Source: Schmidtea polychroa
Taxonomy: Eukaryota
Assembly (NCBI GenBank): GCA_044892525.1
Contig: CM097885.1
Span: forward strand, 36,828,001-36,892,000
DNA: 64,000 nt
Direction: 5' to 3'
Shown here in pieces: positions 14,351 through 28,319 of the stretch. Made by a program: the position numbers and the translations under genes. The notes beneath the pieces were generated by a model, which saw only the letters and a list, made by a program, of their open reading frames with translations, made no database searches and had not been told where the DNA came from. The number at the start of each line of letters is the position of its first letter. Position 1 is the stretch's first letter.

Positions 14351-15063
14351 ACTTAAAGGTAAAATGTGTAATTAATCCTGACATTTTTGCAGCACAGTTT
14401 TTTCTGAATTCAACATTCTCATGTGTACCGAATTGTATTTTACATTGACTAAGTTCCGGAATGGCTGCTTCTTATTTCTGAAGGAGTGAATTAAATATGA
14501 TACCTTCACATCTTTTTCATTTTTCGATGTTCAATTCTGCTTACAAAACATACTAGATTTCTGCAACATTCATTTCGGTGAATTCTTTCATTGAAAAATC
14601 TTCAAAATCTTCTCCACGAGCATCTTCTTCTTTATTATGATACTTCTTTTTTATTATGATACAGGATGTCATAAAAATGAAAATATGAAATAATCAATAA
14701 CATTGTTGGGCTAAAACTTGAAGTTGCAATACAAGGTAAAGCTGAATCGGATATAAGAGAAAAATCCAAGTAAAAGTAAAATAGACAAATAGAGGTAACA
14801 CTAACTGAATTAAATCAAAATAACTATAAAATAAAGGAGAAATCGAAATAAACAATAAAAGAAATACAAAACAATTAAAAAAAATAAAAATCATTGGAAA
14901 TGGAAATAGTTATAGGAAATAAGTTATTAACTACGCATAACTAACAAAAGGGGAAAATAATTTAATAAAATCAGATTTAAGAAAATTGAGTAAAAAAACG
15001 GAAAACCAAATCCAAACATAAGATAAATAAATTATTAACAAAACCTGCACGAAGAATTAAAAC

Positions 15064-17068
15064 CAGGGCTGTGGAGTCGGAGCTGGAGTCGGAGCTGGAG
15101 TCGGAGTCCGGAGTCGCGGAGTCGTGCATTTTTGGGGAGTCGGAGCTGGAGTCGGAGTCGAGTTAACAGAAGCGACTCCGACTCCGAGTAAAATTTAAAA
15201 TTTTAAGAGGAATTTTCAACATTTTTAGGATTTTGTATAGCAATTAAATTATCTTTTTCAGAATTATTTAATAAACTATTTTTACCTTTTGCTTTTCTAA
15301 GAATCTCTAAGAATATTTTTAAAAAACGGTTGTCAGACAGGTAAATATAAGAAAATTACAAATAATTCTAAAACTCATATAAATTTATTATTATCCTAGT
15401 TTAATTTTGGTATAAATACACGCTGATCTTAATTAAAGAGCATTAGTAATTTTTTTAAAATAAACTAGACAACAACTGAAATTATTAATAAATACCAAAC
15501 TACATCGTGAAATTTTTTGTTGTAGGGAAGTTAAATAAAGTTTTTTTTGTGTGCATTAAAAACGTAAGTTGTGTTTAAATTATTTTTTTGCAATTACTTT
15601 AATAAGTTTCGAGTTTAATAGTATTGTTTTTAATATTTGCAGTTAAAAATTTAGTATTTTCAAAGGCCTCAACATGGATAAAAAATTAAAATCGGCATTA
15701 CTTAAGCATTTTTCAATTACATCAGATGGGAAATTCTATGAATGCCTATGTCATCATATAGAAGGTGATGAAGAACAAATGTGCAAAGTACAATTAGCAA
15801 TTGGCAGAATATGAAATTTAAAACGACATTTGCAGCGTTATCATCCGAAAGTACTAGAAGTAGATAAGGCAAATACTAAACCGAAGACCGCTACACCATC
15901 GTCCTCCGCATCAAACTTATCGGAACCCAGATTATCCAAATTCTACATTAGCGATAAAATTACTGTGACAATGACAGCAGAAGGCTTCAAAACTGCCTTA
16001 ATAAAAATGGTGGTTCAAAACAGTATATCGATATCATTTTTTTCACAGCCAGCATTTTTAGAATTAAATGGTGAAATGGCTAGTAAACTTAAAGTTTCTT
16101 TAGGAAGAGAAAGTATTAGAAAAATAATATTAGATGAGGCTGAAAAACAAAGAAGTTATCTTATAAAAAAATTAGAAGGCAATTTTGTTTTTATTAAAAT
16201 GGATGGATGTACTCGGCATAGAGTAAACTATATTGCAATTAATGTCCGCTTCAATAATAACAAAGAAACTATAACTCAGACCTTGGCAGTGAAAGATACT
16301 CAAGCTCATCACACAAGTGAATACCTAAAAAATATATTGGAAGAAATTCTAAAGGACTTTAAAATTAAAAAAGAGCAGATTTTATGCATAGTAACGGATA
16401 ACGCTTCAAATATGCTAAGTGTTACGGAGAAATTAAATCAGGAAAATGAAGAGGTGTCGGTTACGGAGGACAATTTTGATGCAACTGAACTCTCAGTAGA
16501 GCAAAATAATGAAGACTTGGATGATATCTGTGAAGAAGTATCCAAATCATTTTATATTCAACATATGAGATGCGCTGTGCATACATTGCAATTAGCAATA
16601 CGAGATGGCTTAAAAAACCATGATGCAGCAGATATTACTATGAAGTTGAGACAAATGGCTGTCGCAGCGAGAAATCCTAAAATAGATGCTATCTTAAAGA
16701 AGCGAGCTGGGAAAGGTGCGATGTAGCTAGAATTGTAACCGCTTTACCGCCAACGCAAGTAAGTGTCGAAAGATTGTTCTCTGCTCTGAAAATAATTAAG
16801 TCAGACCTGCGTGCATCGCTTAAAGAAGATTTGATTGAAGCAATTTTATTTTTAAGAAATATATTTTAAAAATTAAAAAATTATGATCAAAGAATAAAAC
16901 AATATAATATTTTAAAAAAGATTTGTTTTGTATTTAACTTATTTTTTGCTCATTTTTTAAAAACCTAAATTTAATAGTATTAAATAAAAAAAAAGATCTT
17001 ATACATGTTAGACCTAGGTCGGAGTCGGAGTCGGAGTTGGTCCATTTTGATACGACTCCACAGCCCTG
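15064..17068 (+). mobile_element. hAT transposon with internal deletion
   Basis: Perfect 16-bp TIR CAGGGCTGTGGAGTCG, TSD ATTAAAAC (15056-15063, 17069-17076), GGAGTC subterminal arrays. Confidence 0.95.
15674..16869 (+). pseudogene. hAT transposase, one nonsense codon plus internal deletion
   Basis: BED-like NLKRHLQRYH, KMDGCT, IVTDNASNM and CAVHTLQLA. The frame then jumps directly to the hATC motif LPPTQVSVERLFSALKIIKSDLR. Confidence 0.9.
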
Positions 17069-17237
17069 ATTAAAACAAACTATTACACCTACAAGAGACA
17101 ACGAGAATCTACAAAAATCATAAAGAATATAAATACTTTTAATAAAATAACAATAATAATAAAACAATGATAAATAATGTTTAATAAAACAATTAAAAAA
17201 TCAGAAAATAACAAAAATATATAAAAAAGCAACACAA

Positions 17238-17263
17238 CTGATTGGACCAAAATTAATATATAA
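17238..17263 (+). promoter_or_regulatory. LTR promoter: inverted CCAAT + TATA (unit H)
   Basis: CTGATTGG, 11 nt, TATATAA. The same arrangement occurs in units B, C and D. Confidence 0.75.
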
Positions 17264-17590
17264 GACAGACTCAAAAATCATTTAACTAACACTACAAAAA
17301 TCACTACAGGAACTCTACAAACTCTATACCGATATCACAAAACTACAGACTTACTCAACCAGGAAGGAATAACCCCTACTACACGTTAATTAGCATCGAT
17401 TGCGAAGAAGAGACATTTGAAATCCGAACTGTTAAGGAGATATCGTGAAATAGATTATAGCCGATTCAGCTTTACGAATTCGATTTCGGAATTTTGGGTA
17501 TGGTTTGTGATTGTTTGTCATGATATTCTTAATTGATATAATAAAGATATATAATAGTAATTTGACGATTTAAATTAATAAATTATTATT

Positions 17591-18493
17591 TCAAATATTG
17601 ATGACTTCTTTCTTCTTCACGGGACTGGCGACGGTGCTATCTGGGAGTTTTGATCATGATGCCGATGAATGTCAGACATTACTTTGAAGGAATCAAAAAT
17701 GTCCAACGAGGAATAGAAGCTATGAATGAATGACGAACAAAAATTTGTGGGAAAGGTTCATCAAGCCAGGACCGGGAAACGATGATTGAATGGTATCGAA
17801 GTTGTTTCGAATGAAAAGATAGTCGAAACTCTCGCCGGAACGGCCAGGAAGCAGAGAGAAATCGGATAAAATTGTTTATGTTATAGTTCGATGAACGATT
17901 GGGAATGACCCGAAGGTATCATGATCGAAACCCAAATGGCATGGTAGCCAGGTAAATTATTTGTAGTTAATTTTGTTGGATAACAATTCGTGATGTGAAT
18001 TTCATGTTTATTTATATTTTCAATATGATCATAATAATTTGAGTCGACCTGTCCCTCATGATGATGTGAGTACGGTGGGTAGTAATACCTATGGTCCTCA
18101 GGTGTGTCATGGGGAGTGGAGAAACTCAGAGTTGAACCAATAAAAGTGAGAGGAAATTCTGAGAGAGGTCCTGAGGTTTTCATTGAATTGCGATCGAAGT
18201 AGAGATTTAGACAAAAATTGAAATCGCGAGTTCCACCATCATCAGTCGAATAAATCGAAAATCAGCTAGGAAATGCGTAGCCATGCCTTCGAAGTATCCA
18301 ACAGACGACCTTTCGCTTCAATAGTTCTGTAGAAAATCGCATTAAACTCGTCATGGATAAAGGCAGATCCACTTACTTCGTCCAAGCGAATAGATTCATC
18401 TTGATAGGGAAAAATCACCGGAAATCTCCAGAATCCAATAAAGTTTTCGTTAACCGAGGCGCAATTCGATCGATCGAACCAGTCGTTCTCCAT
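17591..18493 (-). pseudogene. Antisense accessory gene of LTR unit H, decayed
   Basis: ORF pieces 18266-18493 and 17881-18183. C-terminal KLPDSTVASPVKKKEVINI* is homologous to ELPDGTVAGTMKKKAIFI* in unit B. Confidence 0.6.
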
Positions 18494-18998
18494 AGATATT
18501 ATCTTATCTACCTAAAAATCTGATTCTTCATGATGCCAATTGTAAATATTTATTGCCAGGGATAAGATAAGCCGTCCCCGCACGATATAAATGTTGCCTT
18601 ACAAACATGAATCACTATAGTAATTACTGTTGTATTTAACGATTTTCTGATTCCTATCACGATTCTGCAACATATAAATAATCCTAGTGGAAAATCCGGC
18701 AAATGAAATCTAACACTCTCTGATAAGAAACGGGAATAGTTTATCGCTACGACAGATCACTCCGAAATTAATTGCCAGGTGTGCAGATTAAATCCCCGTA
18801 ATTTGGATTGCCACGACGAAATAAACATAACTACATGCATTGTAGACATTAATTATAGGAGATTATATCATCACATCGTTAACACCTCGATATAAACGTG
18901 TTCATTTAATTATGTGAAGTGTTTAAAGTACAATTTAATCGATATTCTGACAATCCCAGGAAAATTAATCGAGGGACTACAAAGATGCCGGGGGGAAA

Positions 18999-19100
18999 AT
19001 GTACCGCCTCGTCCCAGATGGACAGATGAAATTTCTAGAGGACCACCGACTTCAAGTAGACATTGACGCCATGACGGCTGAGGGTGAAGTGTTTCTCTAA
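18999..19100 (+). pseudogene. C-terminal remnant of the LTR sense ORF
   Basis: MYRLVPDGQMKFLEDHRLQVDIDAMTAEGEVFL* aligns with VFRIVPANGIRFISDCRLPVDIDEIIADGENFA* of unit D. Confidence 0.75.
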
Positions 19101-19379
19101 ATAGCGACGCGAGCTTGGAACCTTGCCTTCTTTCGATCTCATGTGAATGGTTGCTCCGGCTTATAAATGTATATCTGGTATTCGATGTGTATCTTAAAAT
19201 GGATTGTACATACTGATTGTCTCATGTGAATTACAATAAATCTTAGTGATCTTAGCGTTCGTCATTCGATTTACTGTTAACTATTAGGTTTGTATGCTAC
19301 TATCCGAAGATTTGATTTTTCTTTATTGATAAACTCGTCCCTTTGGACCAGGGTCGTACCAATTGTTTGATTAAAAACC

Positions 19380-19518
19380 GGGTAAGTCCTTCTATGGCAC
19401 CATTGAACCCGTACCGAGATTTTACCAGGAGTAGTTCTAACATAGGAGCTCACCTGCTGTAAATTCCGACCTATGTGCGCAGTACCAACGTGTCACACCG
19501 CCACGGGCACACATAAGG
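19380..19518 (+). ncRNA. Conserved structured RNA motif, copy H
   Basis: AGTTCT-AACATA-GGAGCT-CAC; TATGTG(C)GC-AGTACCAA-CGTG...CACG-G-GC(A)CACATA. Confidence 0.75.
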
Positions 19519-19972
19519 GAGATGAACTGCTAGTCATACTGGATACTTAGGGAACCTAATTCTGAGAGCGTAGGAACATTTACTTTTCTTTTCTTCCCTG
19601 GGTACCCAACAACATCTAGTCTATATTTATATACAATTTTTAATTACAGCACTTTCTTCTGATATCTTTCCAATCGATTTTACAAATCTTTTCAATGTAT
19701 TAAAAATATTTTCTAATATAAAGCATTTTGTTTTATAGAAATAATTTTCATCTTCACTATCACTGAATTTTTTTTTATTTGAAATATATCAACAACTTTC
19801 TCTCTAAATAAATGGTTAAATAACTTTAATAATAAACATTTAGGTTATTTTCTAGTATAGGGGTTTATAAATAAAATAGGAGATTATAACTAATACAGTG
19901 GATTATAAAAAAGATTAATTGAAAAATTGAAACATTAAAAAAAATTAGAAAAAATAAAATATTAAGTAAATA

Positions 19973-20255
19973 CAGTGTGGTCTCTCGTATCCGCCACGCT
20001 CTAATAACCGCCACATGAAAAAATTTTATATGAGAAAATTCTGATATAAAATACGTTATTCATAAAATCGATTGGTTTTCCCAGATGAATAAATAAAGCA
20101 ATTGATATTATTAAATAAACTTTTGAATTTTGATTCGATTTTGTTATCTCAACATTTTTAAAAATGTTTTTTCGGACTCTAATATCCGCTATTTTCTAAT
20201 ATCCGCCACATTTTTTTCGAAGTCCCATTTTTGGCGGATGTGAGAGACTTCACTG
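19973..20255. mobile_element. Pogo/Tigger-like MITE
   Basis: Imperfect TIR CAGTG.GGTCTCTCGTATCCGCCA / TGGCGGATGTGAGAGACTTCACTG, with TA on the left and CA on the right. Confidence 0.75.
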
Positions 20256-21416
20256 CATTAAGAAAACTTAAAAAAATTTAAAGGAAGTAATTGAATAGCT
20301 ATAACACAGAATGTGTACTTTTGTTGGATGATGAGGTAGGCACATCACCACATTCGTCCTAAACAAATAATATAGGATGGGGCCTAAAAGTTATAGGGTC
20401 AACGTATATGCAACGTATAGGCAATAAGTCCAATTCAAAGGAAAACCAACAAATAAGTTCAATATAATTGACAAAAACTATTTCAATGGTTTGATTATTT
20501 TAACATATTCTTGATTACTTGTATGATTTGGTTAATCTGTGTATTATTTGATCTTTATTTAGTTTAGACTATTGTATATAATTGATCATTTTAATTGACT
20601 ATCTTATATTTTATCATGTTATGTTAATTATCTGTACAATAATCTTTATTTTTATAAATCTGTATTCAGTCTATTTAGAACAAAATGATATTTTACTTTA
20701 TAGTTAACTTATTCTAACACAAGGACAAATTATAAATAAAAAAATTACTATTAAACTTATTATATTACAAAAAAAAATAATGTTATATTATAATTATGGT
20801 TTATGAAAAACATGTTTATTATTAATATATTATATCATGCAATCTATATTAAAAAGAAAGAAATATATATGTAAAATTATATTTAATATTACTATTCCAT
20901 TCGTATAAGCTGGAAATAATTATATTTTATTTTTTATTAAAAAGTTCTGATATAAATAGGCGCGAAAAAATCATTTGATTCGCCAAAAATTTACTCCAAG
21001 AAGAGTTTTCATAGGTTAGTTCTTCGGAAATATTAAAACCCAGAGCAGACAAAAACGCTCTACGTAAGCCTTATTTAATTGCATTAAATTAACACAGCAA
21101 GTACTACATAACATAAAAACAATCACATATTTAGCACCCATTTTTAGCGAAAAAGAATTAGTAATTATTCGGTGTAAGTTACAATTGTAGAAGTTCATTT
21201 TTGCAAATTTGATTTATCATTTGGTAATTTTTGATATTTTATTTGAAGACCTGTGTTCTTTCTGTCTATTTATATAAGAACCAGTAAAGTTGGGAATCTC
21301 TAATAGTGAAACCTCAATACTTTGAAAACAAATTAAAAGTTAACAATTGATTTCAAAAATTTTTCAATAGCAAGCATGATGTTATTAAAGTGTTTTCCAT
21401 ATTTTATCTTGAACAT

Positions 21417-21548
21417 AAATTCAAACAAATATCCTTCAAGCAATTCTTCAGCCATACCATTCTGGCGTTTTAATTTATGTTTGTGCCACAAATTCTCAAT
21501 GTTTTAAATGTGTATACTTGTAGCGGACTATTGTAGATTTACACTTCC
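21417..21548 (-). pseudogene. Merlin/IS1595-like (ISXO2) transposase fragment
   Basis: SIHI*NIENLWHKHKLKRQNGMAEELLEGYLFEFM resembles the HTxNIExLW...G...LxxYLxEF C-terminal motif. Confidence 0.55.
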
Positions 21549-24406
21549 ATCTATACCAATTAGCTTTATGACTATCCTTTATTAATTCCATGTCTCTTTG
21601 ATGATCACTTCATGAAAATGTATTTCTTAGTATTCGTCGTTCTGTCATCCATTTAATTAATGACATGTTATCCATTTGATTGGAGCTGAAAAGATCTACT
21701 AATCTTATTTTTTTCGTTTTAATAGATGCTATTGCAGTTAACGTTGGTGCGAGTTTTTCCTGGGCATAATGGAATAAAATTTATTATTTTATAATCCCCT
21801 AATTTATTTATAATCTCCATATGTTCATAAATTAGCCAATTTTATTGAAACAAATCATTCATCCACATGTATTCATCATAATCAGAAAAAGGCAATTTCT
21901 AACAAATTTCTTAGAAATAAAGTTTCAAAAATATTATATTACTAAAAAAATATCCTTACTAATTCTATTATTCATATTTATGAAATGATAATATAATACA
22001 TATTTCAAATTTAATTACAACCAATTGTATCAACTCTTATATTTATTAAAATATATATGAGTGTTTAATTAATTCTCAAATAGTCTAATGATCCTAAGAC
22101 TAAGCACAATCTTATGTTTACTATATAATATATTAATCATTTTCTGAGGTATTGGTGAATATTCTATAATTCTCATTGTAGGAAAATATTTTTTCACTAA
22201 ATTTGGTTTTTGTCCGACGTCTTTGATATAAAATAATGTTGTTTTTAAGTTAGTCTATAGAAGTTAATATACATTTTGGACAAAAATGATTAATGAAACA
22301 ATAATTTTTATGAATTTGGATTTGGCTCACTGGCACTCTGATTCCAAAAATATTATTGGGAATATCAAAGGGAATATTTTAATCAATGCCATTGATAAGT
22401 AAAAAATGCATAGTCATTTCATCACAATGTTTCCAAGTAACAAGATCAGATGTAATTTGAAAGACATAAAATTGGTTTTTTTATTGTTGTGCAATGTTAT
22501 CAGAATTCGATGTTGACTGATGGGGCATTATCTATTGTTCATCAACGGTTTCATCGTCAAGATTATCGGTTTGATATTCTATAACAATTTCATTATTCTG
22601 TACTTCCCTACTCGCTAGTGTTTTGATAAGATAGGAGTATGTTAGCAGCAACGACATCGAATTCATTTTCGGTATCTATTAAAAACCAACTCAATTAACT
22701 AAAAATTTATTATGTATAAACACTGCGTCTTTTTATTTGAATATTTAAACAAATATCTTCGAGGCTATTCTTCTTTTAATTTTTGATGTTGATTTCATTA
22801 CTTGCTAGTTTTTTTAAATAAGTAGTAATATATATTTTTAAGCTTAATTTAAATTATTAATTCAAAAATTTTATATAAAAATTTAAGCAATCTGATAGAT
22901 ACAATTTAAATTTTTATTAGCAATTTTCCATTTTGACTTAACCGTGAATTCTACTCTTTCAGAGTCTATATTACTGGTTTTTATCAATTACTTTCTGGAT
23001 ATTTTCTAGCTTTTTGAAATTCACTTATTTCTTCATTCTTTTATAAAAGAACAAAAAATAATAAACAATCAATTAATTAATTAATACTCTGAAAACAAAT
23101 ATACTTACTTTGATTATAATTATAATTTAAATTTAAAAACTTTGCAGAATCCACTAACCGATAATTTTTTTTTGACATTTTGAATAGGAAATAACTAATT
23201 TTTCTAAAAAAATATGACAGAGGTCAAATTACACATTTCTAATTAGATTTTTAAAAAAAGATTTTGTATAGAGAAAACCAGTATCTTTTTTCTAATTTAC
23301 TAAATTGAAGCGCCATATTTTGCTTGGGGCCCTGCGACGATTACCTCAGTTGGCCTATTAGAAGACCCAGTCATGTTTGTATGATAAAAAATGTTATTGA
23401 ATAGAATCAATGGATACATATTATATACTAAATGAAAACCATATAATATTACATAAAATTAACCATACCTGAAAAATTAATTCAAAGATTCCGATTACAT
23501 TATTCAACAATAACTGATGAGTTCTTTTTTCCCGAAGGTATTAATAGGTGTAAATGTCAAAATAGTAAAAACAATTTGTTTGGTTATTATTGTAAACTCG
23601 GTACCAAACTCTGACCCCACGAGTTCTTTCGTTAAATTAAAATACTCATCCAACTCAATAAATTTTATTTAATTACATCACACCATTCATTAACTCTGAC
23701 TTTATTCTCTCCTATTTGACTATTTTTTGAATAACTATATTCCTAATTTTAAAATGATCAATGAGGTTTTCATCTCATAACAAATTCTCGTTATTGACAA
23801 GGGTTGGAAATAACCGTCCTTGTCCATTCGTTCTTATTCAAGTGAAAACTCATCATACTTACAATGAACTTTCAAAGTCATATTTTGACGAGCACCTAAA
23901 ATTATTGTTTTTATAATAGTAGTGTGTTTATTGAGCAAACGCAGCCAGACACTCTTGCTGAAAAAATTTTTTTTTGAAATAACACATGTACATTTTTTGT
24001 ACATTTCAAAATTTGGGTCATTGAAAATTGCAAGTGTTGAAATTTACATTAAACAATTTGGGTCATTGGAAATACGAGTGTTGTAATTTTACAACATCAA
24101 CAATCTTATAATTTTTCTAATTTTATACAATTTTCTATTGCTCCTCTCATATTGACATCATGTTATTCACCAACTGGATCATTTTGTCGATGGATCAGAA
24201 TATATTTGCTATCTTAAATATAAATTTTAGCCGTTCGTAAGTTATATGATCCTTTGATATTCGATTATCATTATATCAATCTCTTCTTTTTGTTATAACC
24301 TTGCATAACTAACCTCCCAGATACTTCAATTGTTGATTTCCCAAGTGGGTCCAAATAGACATAATACTGTCCTAGTAAAAAATTTAGAAAATAACATTAT
24401 TTTAAA

Positions 24407-25205
24407 TGTGTTGAGTTTGATCCTTTATTCAACTTGATGTCCTATATAAATAATAAGGCAAATACTAGTTTAATTTAAGTTATTTACATATTTTTAAGCA
24501 ACATATTTAGTGAGTCATTACCATAAAAATGCAAGCATAAGTAAACCATTATTCTTAACGAATAATTATAATGTGTCAAACAACAATTGCCAAATCAATC
24601 CAGAATCATATAAATCTGATAAATGTCACATTGAATATTATGAATTGACACGTGCTATATATATATTATTCGATTAATTTAAATTCGTTGAGTTTGATTC
24701 TTTACTCAACTTGATGTCCCATATCAGTGGGCCGCATCCTTTTAGATGTTGTGTGCCAAGTCACTCTGTCAATTAATTCAGGGTGCCATAGTGTTTCTTT
24801 TTACAAATGAGTAATGGTATATGTCTGTCACATTAAATAATACAGTTCTTTATGAAAATAATTTGATCCCAAAATTATTTTTTAAATATATTTATTTTTA
24901 AAACAGACGACATAAAATCCCATCCACAACTCCACCGCGTGTCATAGGTTGCCGATCCCTGTCCTATATAAATAATAAGGCAAATACTGGTTCAAGATAA
25001 TTTATTTAAGTTATTTACATATTTTTAAGCAACATATTTAGTCAGTCATTACCATAAAAAATACAAATATAAGTAAAACATTATTCTCAACGAATAATTA
25101 TAATGTGTCAAACAACAATTACCAAATCAATCCAGAATCATATAAATCTGATAAATGTCACATTGATAATTATGAATTGAGAAGTGCTATATTTATTATT
25201 CGATC
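24407..25205. repeat. ~280-bp tandem duplication; second copy interrupted by a hAT-type MITE at 24725-24961
   Basis: GTCCTATATAAATAATAAGGCAAATACT...GTGCTATAT occurs twice. The MITE ends GGTTGCCGATCCCTG with TSD TCCCATAT/TCCTATAT. Confidence 0.75.
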
Positions 25206-27328
25206 ACCATCTGTCTTCTTCCACAGCCACAGTCATCCTGTTTTCAACATTTTTCAATATCAAACAAATTTTTTTAGAGTTGGAGTTCGAAAAAAGTAGC
25301 GCAAAATAAATTTGAATATACAAAATGTCAAAATTTACCAAATTCGAAATTAATTGAAATTTGAAAAAGACTTAAAATTGGAGTAATCAGAGAAAGGAGG
25401 TATGTACGGGTAGCAAATGTTGAGGCGAACACAAATATAATAAAATAAAATCTATGGGGTCCCAAAAAAAGATATTCAATAAATACAAATTAATTAAAAA
25501 TAAATAAATAATTTCATTGGAAAATAAACCTTAGAATTCCATCACTACAATGATTGAGCTACTCATAAAAACAAAATTTACCCACTGAGACATTTACTGA
25601 GTTTAATATGCTCTATTTTATGCTTTTTTTGATGTTGCATACTGCTTTGGAACAAATAAAACTTCGTGTTGAGACACTTAGCAGTCAAAATTCAAAATTA
25701 TTGCTCTTGAAAATTGATAGTTTTAAAAAATTTAAAAATTTCAAGTTTGTAAATGAAAATAGCTTAAAATTATTTAAAAAAATGTGTATTGCATAAAATT
25801 TAGGTCATGTTCGAACTCTTTAATCCATTTTAATGAAAAAACAGAAAACAGTAGTTTCTTGAAAATACAAAATAAAACAGTTCTTTCTGAAACCTGGTTT
25901 TGAGAATACCCATATATGCGAATCATAATTAATCGGGAGGATGTGTTGGGCTTCCTATAAAGTAGCGCAAAATAAATTTCAATGTACAAAATTTCAAATG
26001 TGGAAATCAAAAGATGACAGAATATAAGTTCTACAAATTTCTGAAAAGAATTAAAATTGACTTAATCAGGAAGAAATATAAATAAAATCTTTGGATATCC
26101 TCAGAAAAAGATATTCAATAAATACAAATTAAATAAAAATAAATAAATAATTTATGAACTATGTGGGAAACCCGATCAGTAAAAAAGAGGATAATGAAAT
26201 TAGGCCTCCTTTCAAAATCAATAAAGATGATTAGTTTCTATTATCAAAAAGATATCTTTAAGCAAAGGTGTGATGTCACCTGATTAATTATTTTGTTTTC
26301 AACTAATTTCGGTCGAGGGCTAATTCAGAACGAAAAAAGAATGTCCAAACCTGTTTGCATTTATTTAAGTATTCTGCGTTGGTCTTATTTTAATAATTTA
26401 GACAAAAAACACAAGGAGTCAGAGTTATACTGAATTTAACTATAGAAAGTTAAAAAAATTATGAAATTATTCATCATCGTACATGAATAAAAAAATTAAT
26501 TGTTCCTTAAATTTGAAAACCAATTTCAATTATATTTTAAAGTCATTTGAATGGAACGAAAACATCTACAAATAATTTTTTGAATATTAAGTTTTACTCA
26601 CGAAGTAGTGAAAATCTAACGCGGAGTCCATTCTCCGATATTATGTCTTAGATACTTCAAAGCTACCTTATTTTATTTTCTGCAAAGATTTGTCACCTGA
26701 ATATATGAAATTTCAAATATTATTTAGTAATGTGTATGTTTGTTGTTATTTTATAAGATTACTATTTTCGTACACCTGCTTGTGTGGAATTAATAACGAA
26801 ATTAACAGATAATATGTACACATACACATCTAATATAAAAAGAAAAAATCAATAAAATTTTATTATTGAAGTTATATTACTCTGAACAGCGCCTCTTTCG
26901 AGTCAATCTATCATCATGGCAAATGACACTACCCATCTGCCCTCAACTCATAACTTGAACTGTTTCAAAAACAATAAAATCAATAGTAAAAAACACATTA
27001 AAATATAAATAACATGAAATATTTATTAACATAAAAATTATTTTAAAACACAAATATAAAATATCGTTCAGCGTGCATATAAACTAAAATTCCGTTAGAT
27101 CTGAAAAACTGAGAGCATAAAATTTTGTTCGCTAAAAGTTTCACAAAAAATTGATATTTTGGTAGGTATTTATACCAATTTGTGCTGACCGCCCACGCAT
27201 TCTTTACCACTCTGTGAAATCACTGTGTATAATGCATAATCTTTAGATTGATAGTGCACACACGAGAGCTGCTAGATATTAGGAATCTAATTTGAATGGA
27301 TTTTTTCATTTAATTGATTGTCTTAAAC

Positions 27329-27467
27329 CAGGGGTGTCAAACTCAGTTGATACAGATCGCAACATTTTGAAGTTGGTGAAACCCCTTTATTTACCAGTAT
27401 TAGTGACTTTCTTAAAAATTTAATTTTATTTTTACAGGCGGCTGCGGCCGCATGTTTGACACCCCTG
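27329..27467. mobile_element. 139-bp Buster/Charlie-type hAT MITE
   Basis: TIR CAGGGGTGTCAAAC / GTTTGACACCCCTG, TSD TCTTAAAC on both sides. Confidence 0.95.
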
Positions 27468-28319
27468 TCTTAAACAATCAAATTGTTTAATTATTTTATT
27501 TCTCTTTCTCGATTTTCTAATTGAATTACTTTTTTATTTTTTCTTATTCTTCTTAAATTATGCACTTTTTGTCCTAGCTCCTTCGTAATAATCATTCTTA
27601 ATTGTTTATACTATTAATTCGTTCATTTATTTATTCTTTTCTTTTCAATTTAACAGATTTTTCGAATGTGTAGTTTTTACCTTAAATGTGGTGGTGATTG
27701 TAACTACTTGCGTTTATCATTTTTATACGTGTTTATTTATCTTGAATGTGTTGTGGCCTTTACTTTGTAATGTTTGATGTGTTGTTGTTTCGAGTTGGTT
27801 GTTGGTTACGACTCAGTTGAAAGATGTGGTCAAAAGGGCTTAGTTAATCGACATGACATCGTAATGCAGTTCATGTTGGTACTGTGTACAGGGGCTGAAT
27901 GTAAGGAAAGGTAAGCCTTCTTTTTCGGACTGATCTTGAAGTGCATTCATAAATATTTGGACGACTGATAGAAGGTCTTACGTCTAACGCAGTGATCTGT
28001 GGGTATATAGTCATTTTGATATATGATTGAATTTTCATAAACCGTTGGATAAAAATGAACGAATTGATCGAAACAAAAGAAACGTGAGCGAAATGATTAC
28101 AAAACAGCTAACACTATCAATCTTACCCATGTTTGGAACTTGATTATGTCCCAACCTTCTTTACTACCCTAGCTAAAAATTTCTGAGTGCAGTATTCTGT
28201 GCATTTCCATAAAATGTTATTGCTAGAGGATCTCTCTTCATATAATGTATATCTTTTTGATTAATAACATTGTTAACGTTATCCTTCCTGCATTAGCATT
28301 ATTCATTATGAGCGTACAA

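Larger units (their letters stand above)
14704..19611 (+). mobile_element. Solo-LTR-like unit H (net ~2.9 kb after removing the nested hAT)
   Basis: TGTTGGGC start, CCCAACA end, 4-bp TSD ACAT (14700-14703, 19612-19615). Contains the promoter, antisense gene remnant, sense-ORF C-terminus and RNA motif. Confidence 0.9.

Noticed and set aside
20400-23370. Degenerate hAT (TTF-finger type) or host pseudogene
   Set aside because: Only weak fragments; ends and catalytic motifs are not demonstrable.
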